NCBI GenBank assembly: GCA_038230095.1
Contig: JBBRNT010000002.1
Coordinates: forward strand, 101,341-165,340
Direction of reading: 5' to 3'
DNA from: Candidatus Saccharimonadia bacterium
GTDB lineage: Bacteria > Patescibacteriota > Saccharimonadia > UBA4664 > JBBRNT01
Length of the DNA: 64,000 nucleotides
This document shows positions 55,220 through 64,000 of the stretch, one piece after another (the stretch's first letter is position 1; each line of letters begins with the position of its first letter). The notes beneath the pieces are model-generated. The model was not told the DNA's origin. It saw only the letters and a program-made list of their open reading frames with translations, and made no database searches. Position numbers and translations under genes: made by a program.

Positions 55220-56029
55220 TTACTGGGGCTGAGGAACGGGGATAAAGCCGGTAAGGGCATCGGTAATAGCCTGCTTGACCTCTAGGCGGGTGGTGGTAGA
55301 GGGCTGGTCGCCGAATTGCTTACCATAGTCGCCAAAATCGGCATGGTCGGCGCCGGGTATGACCAGGTAGAGGGCGCTGGGTGGGTTGAGGTGCTTGGCG
55401 GCCTGGATCTTGGCTGGGGTGGACAGGCCGTCTTGAGATCCGCCCAGGCTCAGGACAGGGAGAGTGGTGCCGGAAATGTCACCGGAGCAATAGCTGCCAA
55501 AGAAGAACAGGCCGCTGAGCTGGCTTACGTGGTCCTTGGCATACATACAGGCGACGACGCCGCCGAGTGAGTGTCCGCCGACGTACCAGCGCTTCACCCC
55601 GGTGTGGGCGGCGATAATCCGGCCGGCAGCGCCAGGATCGAATATGGCGAACTGGAGCGGTGACTTAACGACAAAAACCGTGACGCCACGCACAGCCTGC
55701 GGTGCAAGCTTGGCCAGGTAGGCATTGCTGGCCACATGGGCGCCCGGATAGAAGATAAGGGCCTGATCAGTGGTACTGGCACCGTTGTTGGAAAGCTGGT
55801 AGTACTCGGTGGTTTCTTCGAGCGTTAGACCGGGCACGGCCTTGGCCTCGGTCAGCGACTCGGCTGTTGCGCGCGAAGGAAACAGCATCCACGTGAGGAT
55901 GGTAGCGAAGGCAATAATGACAAGCAGGAGAACGCTCCACCCAATATAGTAGATGGTAGAGTGCTTGCGCGTGTAGACATCCATAGATTGGTTCCTGATC
56001 TGGGTGTGGTGCGTCTGAAGGCTGTGCAT
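55220..56029 (-). CDS. Alpha/beta hydrolase, membrane-anchored (start uncertain: 56029 or 55984)
   Basis: It has the nucleophile elbow GGHSLGG. The ORF-track start at 56116 would overlap the divergent rlmD start. Confidence 0.6.
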   Translation of the reverse strand: MHSLQTHHTQIRNQSMDVYTRKHSTIYYIGWSVLLLVIIAFATILTWMLFPSRATAESLTEAKAVPGLTLEETTEYYQLSNNGASTTDQALIFYPGAHVASNAYLAKLAPQAVRGVTVFVVKSPLQFAIFDPGAAGRIIAAHTGVKRWYVGGHSLGGVVACMYAKDHVSQLSGLFFFGSYCSGDISGTTLPVLSLGGSQDGLSTPAKIQAAKHLNPPSALYLVIPGADHADFGDYGKQFGDQPSTTTRLEVKQAITDALTGFIPVPQPQ

Positions 56030-56107
56030 AGGTGCAGTATACGCGCGCACCCGCGACTGAGCTAGGCGCTGCAATACAATGGACGGCCATTCTGGTACAA
56101 TGCTTCG

Positions 56108-57391
56108 GTGAATCATCTACTAACATTTGAGAAGATTGTCCCCGAAGGGCGTGCGCTCGCACGAACGCCCGAGGGACTGGTGGTGTTCTGCGACGGTGTC
56201 CTACCCGGCGAGACGGCAGAGGTAGAGATTATCCGCCAGAAGAAGAGCTACGCCGAAGCACGGCTGATTGCAGTGACTAAGCCGGCCAAGCAGCGGAGCG
56301 GCGACGCCGAGGAGCACTATCTCTCGTGCTCCCCCTGGCAGTCAGTCGACTATGCCTACCAGCTTGAGCTGAAGCATGGCCTCATTATTGATGCCTTTGG
56401 ACAGACCAAGCAGGAGCTACCGAAGTTTACTGTGACCCCGTCACCGGCAGCACAAGGCTACCGTAATAAGCTAGAATTTGTGTTTGCCGGCGAGCCGGGC
56501 GCGCTGGAGCTGGCGCTACACCTGCGTGGTAGCCGCGACGAGGTAGTGGCTGCGCCAGAGGGCTGCGTGCTGGGAACAGCAGCTATGAACGCTGCCGCCA
56601 TGGCCGCCCGCGACTGGCTCAATGCTCATGCAATAAGCAGCGTCTCGCGATTAATCGTTCGCGCCGATGCCAGCGATAGACCGCTCATAATCCTGGTCTC
56701 GCTGCCCCACTACAGCCTAGATTGGGCAGCGCTAAAGCCGCCGTTTGACGCCCTAGTGGTGTGCGCACCCAGCGAACGGGGCGACGGCCTGGGCAAGGTA
56801 CTGTACCAGCAAGGTAGCGTTACGCTGCGGCACAGCTTTAATAAGCTGAAGCTGGTATACGGCTATGATTCGTTCTTTCAGATTAATCCGGTGGCCTTTG
56901 CCGGCGCGCTCAGAGCTATACAAGCCGCTGTAGCTCCTGGCCAGAGCGTAGTGGAGCTGTACGGCGGTGTTGGCACTATTGGACTGGGGCTGGCCGCAGA
57001 GGCTAAGTCATTGGTGGGCGTTGAGGTGCTAGCGGGCGCAGCTGGCTCGGCCAAGGCAAACGCCAGCTCTAATGGACTTACAAATTACCGAGCCGTCTTA
57101 TCCCCTACCGAGAACATTGAGCCAACCCTGCTTACAAATGCCCAGGTGATAGTGGTAGACCCACCGCGCGGCGGCCTGCACCCCAAGGCAATTCAGCTTA
57201 TCCTAGACTCCCCCGCCGAGCAGCTGGTCTACCTGTCCTGCAACCCAGTAACCCAGGCGCGCGATCTGGCACTGCTTGGTACCGCCTTTACCCTAGAGGC
57301 ATTTAGCGCCTACGACTTCTACCCCGGTACGCCCCACGTAGAGTCTCTGGCTACGCTCCGCCGGTCTCCAGGTGTTCAACAGCCAGAATAA
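56108..57391 (+). CDS. rlmD: 23S rRNA (uracil-C5)-methyltransferase RlmD/RumA family (TRAM plus SAM methyltransferase)
   Basis: It has a TRAM N-terminus (GETAEVEIIRQKKSYAEARL) and the methyltransferase motif VVDPPRGGL. Confidence 0.8.
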   Translation: MNHLLTFEKIVPEGRALARTPEGLVVFCDGVLPGETAEVEIIRQKKSYAEARLIAVTKPAKQRSGDAEEHYLSCSPWQSVDYAYQLELKHGLIIDAFGQTKQELPKFTVTPSPAAQGYRNKLEFVFAGEPGALELALHLRGSRDEVVAAPEGCVLGTAAMNAAAMAARDWLNAHAISSVSRLIVRADASDRPLIILVSLPHYSLDWAALKPPFDALVVCAPSERGDGLGKVLYQQGSVTLRHSFNKLKLVYGYDSFFQINPVAFAGALRAIQAAVAPGQSVVELYGGVGTIGLGLAAEAKSLVGVEVLAGAAGSAKANASSNGLTNYRAVLSPTENIEPTLLTNAQVIVVDPPRGGLHPKAIQLILDSPAEQLVYLSCNPVTQARDLALLGTAFTLEAFSAYDFYPGTPHVESLATLRRSPGVQQPE

Positions 57392-58175
57392 TATCGTCTG
57401 TAACTAGCTTGGCATAGAGCTCGGTTATCTCGTGGGCCGCGTTCACTGTGGTCAGCTGCATATGGTCCCGGCCGTGGACGAAGTCTTTTAGATAGCTCTT
57501 GATAACTAAGGGGTCGAGTCGACCGACATAGAGATGAGTAGGCATACTGAGATCGCTGGCATAGGCCATGGTGTGTTGCCCCATAATAGTGTTGCCCAGG
57601 CTACGCTCAAAAGCTAGCCAATTGGCAGCGTTTAGCTCAAATCCGGCAGCAGCTGGTATGTAGCGCGCCACGAACTCTGCGCGTTTCAGCGTTAAGGTAG
57701 GATTGGCCAATAGGTAGGCATAGACGCGCTCGTAGGCTGAGTCGAGGCGTTTGGACTCGGCACTCTGTTGCCCAGTGCTGGTTTTGTACAGCGGCATACT
57801 GAGTAGGAAGAGCTGGTTGACTAGCTTGGGACGGCGCCGGGCGACCTCCACAGCAATAAGTGCGCCCATGGAGTGTCCAACGAGGATAATAGGGCCTCGG
57901 ATACGCATGGACCGCAGCGTGCCCAAAACCGAATCGGCGTGGTCAGCAATGGAATAGTCCTTCCAATCCGGCTTGGGTGAGCTACCAAAGCCGAGCATTT
58001 CCAAGGCGATCACCCGGCAGTTGGTGAGAAGCGGCGGAATGACGTAGGTATAGGTAAGAGCGGTAGCAGCGATGCCATGCAGGAGCACCACTGTCGGACC
58101 GGTGCCCTCATCGACTGCCACATGGAGCCGGTAGGCACGTCTAAGCAGTTTGTGGAAGATGTGTTCACGAAGCAT
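57351..58175 (-). CDS. Alpha/beta hydrolase fold protein
   Basis: It has HGIAAT...LVGHSMGALIAV (GxSxG). Confidence 0.7.
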   Translation of the reverse strand: MLREHIFHKLLRRAYRLHVAVDEGTGPTVVLLHGIAATALTYTYVIPPLLTNCRVIALEMLGFGSSPKPDWKDYSIADHADSVLGTLRSMRIRGPIILVGHSMGALIAVEVARRRPKLVNQLFLLSMPLYKTSTGQQSAESKRLDSAYERVYAYLLANPTLTLKRAEFVARYIPAAAGFELNAANWLAFERSLGNTIMGQHTMAYASDLSMPTHLYVGRLDPLVIKSYLKDFVHGRDHMQLTTVNAAHEITELYAKLVTDDIILAVEHLETGGA

Positions 58176-58306
58176 AGCAACTATTATACCGGTTTTTGGG
58201 CAATATACCTGTGCTAATTAGTGCATGGTGCCTGATAGGACAGTGTCAGACAGCGATTGAGTGATGTAGATTTATATGTGAAAACCGAATGCGACAATAC
58301 AGGCTG

Positions 58307-60202
58307 CTAGGGTTGTAGTCCTTGTAGTAGTCCGCCCCACTCAACGGCGGTGAAGCCGCTGCGAGAAGGCGCAGATAGAATCTGGGGCGTGAGGGCCGTA
58401 GGGGTGTCGAGACCTTCGAAGTCCAGGAAGACACGGATGGTAGTGTCCGGGCGAGGGCTGATCCTGAGAGGGGCCAGTGTGTCCAGCTCGGATTTGGTTA
58501 GCCAGCTGAGGCGGGTGTAGGGCTTATTCGTCGGTAGCTTAGAGCCCCAGAAGTCCACAAAGTCGCGGATCTCACTAGGGTTCAGTCCCTGTGCTGCCAG
58601 ATCGGTCTGGATGGTGGCCAGGGCCTGTCCGCTCGGCACAACCCTACCCGCACTTGCGGCGGGGTAGGTACCGCGGCCGAGACCATCCCAGAACAGTGAC
58701 TTCACTATGCCAGAGGTGGTTACGAGACTGCCGTTTGGACTGGCCAGGACATGCCATCCATCTGGACCATACAGTGGTGCGCTGTTCCAGATGGTAGCGC
58801 CCACTGACACGCTCACCGTAGTGGGCTTGGTCGGATACAGGTAGATAACCGGCTTAGCGCAGCCGCCTGGAGTGCGATAGTCTTTGGCGCTCATGATTAC
58901 TAGATTTCCTAGGCTATCGTGGAAACCAATAACACCAGGTAAGGCAGCAAACTGTGGTTCCGTCAGGGTAAGCGATATGCCATCCGGAGCTTGCGTTGAA
59001 TCTTTTATATACCCGACGAGCTGCTCATAATCCTTGTAGAAGCCTATGGTAAGTGGATTTGTCTCATTCAGCGCGTACAATGGCCCACCGCCGATAGTGC
59101 CTATCTGAGTCGTATTTTCGACATCTAATGCCGCCATACGGCTGACGGTACCGATGGATCCGCATCCAAATGCTCCCTGTGAATAGCTCTTGGCAGCAAG
59201 TGCTGGGGCGGTGAACTTCAGTTGAGATGTGTCGTAGGAGCCATCTGCCTTCTGGAAGCCCTCTGGCAAGCTTGCTAAGTAGCCATACCACTGAGAGTCC
59301 TTGGTCCTCAAAGCGTATCCGCGCAGATTATACCCCTTTGGTAGATTGGTACCATCGTACTCGTAGAGCTTGCCCTGAGGCGCATCGCCGAGCAAGGTGT
59401 AGCCATCTGGGGCGGACCTTGAGAAGCCCAGCGTACTGTAGCTCGGTCGGATGAGACTACCTGATTTGTACGCCATGCTTGTAGGCACTGTTAGCTCGGT
59501 GAGGGTAGTGGTCTGGTCAAAGGTAACACTACCGAAAAAGGTGTAGCTAGTAACTAAATCGGTTGAGGAAGAATCGGTTTGGTAGAACCCACGTGGTGAG
59601 TGCTTGACGAGAAGAAAGACGGCTTTATTGGCCTTTTGAACCCCGATGAAGCTCACGCCCTCCCCGAAGGAGGTAAAGCCAAACCGGTCCTGAACCACGA
59701 GCGCAAAGAGGGTGTCACCACCTTTGTTTGTTCCCAGCTTGTAGTACTGGGCGCTTTTCTCGTCTGTCCGCTCGTCCTCGGTATCGGTTTTGAGCAAATG
59801 CAAATTATCCATGGCCACCGGCTCGGCGCTGTACTGCATGCTGCCTGATGCCACCCCAGCAACACCCGTAATGTGCTCGCTGACGTGGGTAGCGGCTTTG
59901 CGAGTAGTGTAGGTAGCAGTGCTCGCGACGGGCGCCATCGTGGCCCGGTTGTAGTACACAATATAGCCGCCTAGCAGGCAGACCAGAGCAGTAAGGCCGA
60001 TGAGCAGCCAAGTGAATGCTGTGGGCTTCCAGACAAAGTGTAAGGGGTGCTGGGGGTGACTCGTGCCGCCGGCGCCGACCTCGTCTGGCGATGACTCTGC
60101 GGCTGCGGGCTGGAAGTGCTCGCCGTCGAGTACCTCATCTGCGTTCGCAACTGGTACGGCTGCGGGCGTGGGTAGCGTGGGTTTCTTGGCTTTGCGTGAC
60201 AT
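58307..60202 (-). CDS. Large membrane-anchored extracellular protein, hypothetical (631 aa)
   Basis: It has an N-terminal signal anchor (TAFTWLLIGLTALVCLLGGYIVYY) and a long extracytoplasmic domain, with no family I can recognise. Confidence 0.5.
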   Translation of the reverse strand: MSRKAKKPTLPTPAAVPVANADEVLDGEHFQPAAAESSPDEVGAGGTSHPQHPLHFVWKPTAFTWLLIGLTALVCLLGGYIVYYNRATMAPVASTATYTTRKAATHVSEHITGVAGVASGSMQYSAEPVAMDNLHLLKTDTEDERTDEKSAQYYKLGTNKGGDTLFALVVQDRFGFTSFGEGVSFIGVQKANKAVFLLVKHSPRGFYQTDSSSTDLVTSYTFFGSVTFDQTTTLTELTVPTSMAYKSGSLIRPSYSTLGFSRSAPDGYTLLGDAPQGKLYEYDGTNLPKGYNLRGYALRTKDSQWYGYLASLPEGFQKADGSYDTSQLKFTAPALAAKSYSQGAFGCGSIGTVSRMAALDVENTTQIGTIGGGPLYALNETNPLTIGFYKDYEQLVGYIKDSTQAPDGISLTLTEPQFAALPGVIGFHDSLGNLVIMSAKDYRTPGGCAKPVIYLYPTKPTTVSVSVGATIWNSAPLYGPDGWHVLASPNGSLVTTSGIVKSLFWDGLGRGTYPAASAGRVVPSGQALATIQTDLAAQGLNPSEIRDFVDFWGSKLPTNKPYTRLSWLTKSELDTLAPLRISPRPDTTIRVFLDFEGLDTPTALTPQILSAPSRSGFTAVEWGGLLQGLQP

Positions 60203-60508
60203 AAATACTCCGTTTTAGCGGACTGTTAGCCTAAGCATAAGCGTAAAACCAGGTACATACAATATGGGTACGCTCACAGCCTGACAAAGAAATAGACCCC
60301 TCAGCTTGCGCTTTGGGGTCTAGATCTCCCCCTGAATCAACTGTCCGCTACAAGTAGCTCGCCGTTGATCAAGGATGAACTCATTGTATTAGTATGCCGG
60401 CGCCGCCGGTAGTTGCGCATTGCTAATTATTCCTACAAACGGGGTCTATGTTTATGTCATTACGACTAGGGTAAGCGGTATCACAAGGCCATGTTGTACA
60501 ATGGGGCT

Positions 60509-60910
60509 ATGAACTACTTTCTGGCTAAATCTGAACCCAGTACCTACTCCATTGACGATCTAGAGCGAGACGGCGAAACCACCTGGGACGGCGTTCACAA
60601 CTACCAAGCGATTGCCTATATTAAGACTATGAAGCCCGGTGATCTGGTGTATATCTACCACTCACAAACTGACAAAGCCATAGTGGGCCTTGCCGAAGTT
60701 ACATCCGAGCCGTATGAGAACACGGCCGATCCCCGTCCGAGCTGGGTAGTGAAGCTGAAGTTTGTGAAGAAGTTTGTGAAGACCCTGACGCTTGCCCAAG
60801 TGAAGGGCGAGCCCTTGGCGGCAGACTTTCTACTGGTGCGGCACTCCCGACTATCTGTTATGCCAGTGCCGGCTCCGGTTGCCAACTGGATAAATAGTCA
60901 GCTTGCCTAG
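60509..60910 (+). CDS. EVE-domain (PUA-like) protein
   Basis: It has MNYFLAKSEPSTYSIDDL...WDGVHNYQA...GDLVYIYHS, the EVE signature. Confidence 0.7.
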   Translation: MNYFLAKSEPSTYSIDDLERDGETTWDGVHNYQAIAYIKTMKPGDLVYIYHSQTDKAIVGLAEVTSEPYENTADPRPSWVVKLKFVKKFVKTLTLAQVKGEPLAADFLLVRHSRLSVMPVPAPVANWINSQLA

Positions 60911-61538
60911 GCCTGGGGGCCAGTGTCTTTGACCCCACCACGGACTTCTTTGCTGAGGACCTTACCCCTCTCGTCAATTTCATAGATGAACACCTCACCG
61001 GTACCCATTTCTAGGCCGGAAATGTCTTCGTCCGCAATGCCCTCTAGGTCTTTGGCCAGCGCGCGCAGACTATTGCCGTGCGCGGCGACTATGACATTGT
61101 GACCGGCCCGCAGGTCGGCCAGAATGTGCTTTTCGTAGTACTTGGTTGCCCTGGCATGCACGTCCTTCAGGGTCTCCCCGCCCGCTATGGGGTGGTTCCA
61201 CGCACGGCGAATACTATTGAACTCAGCTTCGCCAAGCTTATCCTTGAGCTCCCATTTATTCATCCCGGTAAGGTCGCCGTAGTCGCGCTCGTTCAGGTCT
61301 GGGTGGTGCGTGGTCTCGAGGGTGGTACCCAAGGCAGACTGGATCTCTTCCAGGGTTTGCTGGGCACGCTTGAGGTCAGAGGTGTAGGCCTTGTGGAGGG
61401 TAATCTCCCGCAGGTGCTCGGCCGCTAGCTTGGCCTCGGCCCTCCCCCGTTCGCTGAGGGATACGTCACTCCAGCCTGTCCACTTACCCAGCGCATTCCA
61501 CTCCGACTGCCCATGACGAACGAGTACAAGGTAGGCCA

Positions 61539-61539
<1 letters not shown>
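60907..61539 (-). CDS. gpmA: 2,3-bisphosphoglycerate-dependent phosphoglycerate mutase (histidine phosphatase family)
   Basis: It starts LVLVRHGQSEWNALGKWTGWSDVSLSERG. Confidence 0.85.
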
Positions 61540-62843
<1,304 letters not shown>

Positions 62844-62859
62844 TTACCCTGCTATGTTC

Positions 62860-63831
62860 TCAGATAGCCAGCTCCGTAGCAACTTCGGCTAGTACGACCC
62901 GGGCTTCGTCGTAGCTATGTGTCAGCATAAAACGCAGGCGAATGTCGGCCGCACCGGGGAAGCCAAGCAGGTAGATCTTATAAAAACGTTTGAGCGGCTC
63001 ATAGCTTTTCTTGTCACCCCAAGTGGCTTGGTATAGCTCGAGGTGGTGCTTAAGCGCGGCTAGGCCGGCTGCTGGGCTGTGCTCGGTGGGAGTGTGCTCA
63101 AAAGTCCAGGGGTTATGGAAGACGCCGCGGCCAATCATAATGCCGTCCACGCCATATTGCTCAGCTAGCTCTAGGCCATGGGCACGGTCGCGGACGTCGC
63201 CATTGCCAATAATGAGGGTAGTCGGGGCCAGTTCATCGCGTAGCTTCACGACTTTGCCTATTTCGTCCCAGTGGGCCGGGACCTTGGTCATTTCTTTTTG
63301 GGTACGACCGTGGATGGTGAGCACGTCAATGTTCTGTTGGAGCAAGTGCCCAATCCAGTCTTCTGTCGTAATAGTCTTGAAGCCAATGCGTGTCTTGACG
63401 CTGACGGGTAAGTCACCAGCGGCATCTTTGACGCGCTGAATAATCTCCGCGGCCAGGGGTGGGTTATTGATAAGCCCGGCGCAACAGCCGCGGGCTACTA
63501 TCCCCTTCTCGGGACAGCCCATATTAATATCGATGCCGCTAAAGTGGCCAGTAGCCACCAGCTCTTTGACCGTCTCATAGTAGTGCTCAGGTACATTGCC
63601 CCAGACCTGGGCGACCAGCTTGGTGCCTGACTCATCGGGATGGACATAGAACTTCTGCTCTACCTTGTGACGGCCATTACTCTGCATGCCAGTAGCGTTG
63701 CCAAACTCGGTCACAAATACGTCTGGCGACGCCAAACCAGCCACCACCCGCCGGAACGGTGAGTCGGTGACGTCGTCCATAGGGGCCAGGACGAAAAACG
63801 GCTTGGGTAGGTCTTGCCAGAAATTGCTCAT
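62860..63831 (-). CDS. dus: tRNA-dihydrouridine synthase
   Basis: It has FFVLAPMDDVTDSPFRRV and a TIM-barrel flavoenzyme fold. Confidence 0.9.
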   Translation of the reverse strand: MSNFWQDLPKPFFVLAPMDDVTDSPFRRVVAGLASPDVFVTEFGNATGMQSNGRHKVEQKFYVHPDESGTKLVAQVWGNVPEHYYETVKELVATGHFSGIDINMGCPEKGIVARGCCAGLINNPPLAAEIIQRVKDAAGDLPVSVKTRIGFKTITTEDWIGHLLQQNIDVLTIHGRTQKEMTKVPAHWDEIGKVVKLRDELAPTTLIIGNGDVRDRAHGLELAEQYGVDGIMIGRGVFHNPWTFEHTPTEHSPAAGLAALKHHLELYQATWGDKKSYEPLKRFYKIYLLGFPGAADIRLRFMLTHSYDEARVVLAEVATELAI

Positions 63832-64000
63832 ACGAGGTACAACTCTACAATATTTTGATGGCTCTGTAAATGACGCGATATGTATAAATACTAGCTAAGG
63901 TGATGTGGATGGATGACTGTCTTGCTAGGCAAGTAGTTCGCATTCCGTTCGGTTCCTGTATAATAGCCTCTATGAAATACACGCTGTCGCGCGACCAAGC

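Overview
This is a gene-dense bacterial chromosomal window of about 60 protein genes and 2 tRNAs, with no rRNA, no CRISPR and no recognisable transposase or integrase. On the + strand at 1413-9563 it carries a compact dcw cell-division operon (mraZ-rsmH-ftsL-ftsI-mraY-ftsW-murG-ftsQ) that lacks interleaved mur ligases and lacks ftsA/ftsZ after ftsQ. A long minus-strand gene block runs from 28442 to 10319 and contains a sensor kinase, a receiver-only response regulator, scpA, scpB, a pseudouridine synthase, a D-Ala-D-Ala carboxypeptidase, der, pth, dprA, two unknown genes, topA, PBP1A, a sigma-region-4/HARE-HTH protein and a VirD4/TraG-like P-loop ATPase. Later regions contain a second two-component system paired with a LiaF-like beta-helix membrane protein, peptidoglycan remodelling genes (RlpA-like, DUF3048, Rpf-like transglycosylase, DacA-like), a surface glycan operon co-oriented with mreB, sortase and large surface proteins, and housekeeping genes (gltX, queA, rlmD, gpmA, eno, dus). 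The gene content (single-chain GlyRS, compact dcw, receiver-only response regulators, T4SS-type ATPase, sortase, many secreted low-complexity proteins) looks like a reduced-genome lineage with a Gram-positive-type envelope, perhaps Patescibacteria/Saccharibacteria-like; this is inference only. The most unusual features are two tandem structured repeat units that each end in a copy of the tRNA-Glu 3' end and each start with a long hairpin, a roughly 180-bp terminator-plus-hairpin element present twice about 16 kb apart in the same context, the T4CP-like ATPase/HTH gene pair inserted where ftsA/ftsZ normally follow ftsQ, a perfect-consensus sigma70 promoter, and a highly structured pth-dprA intergenic region.
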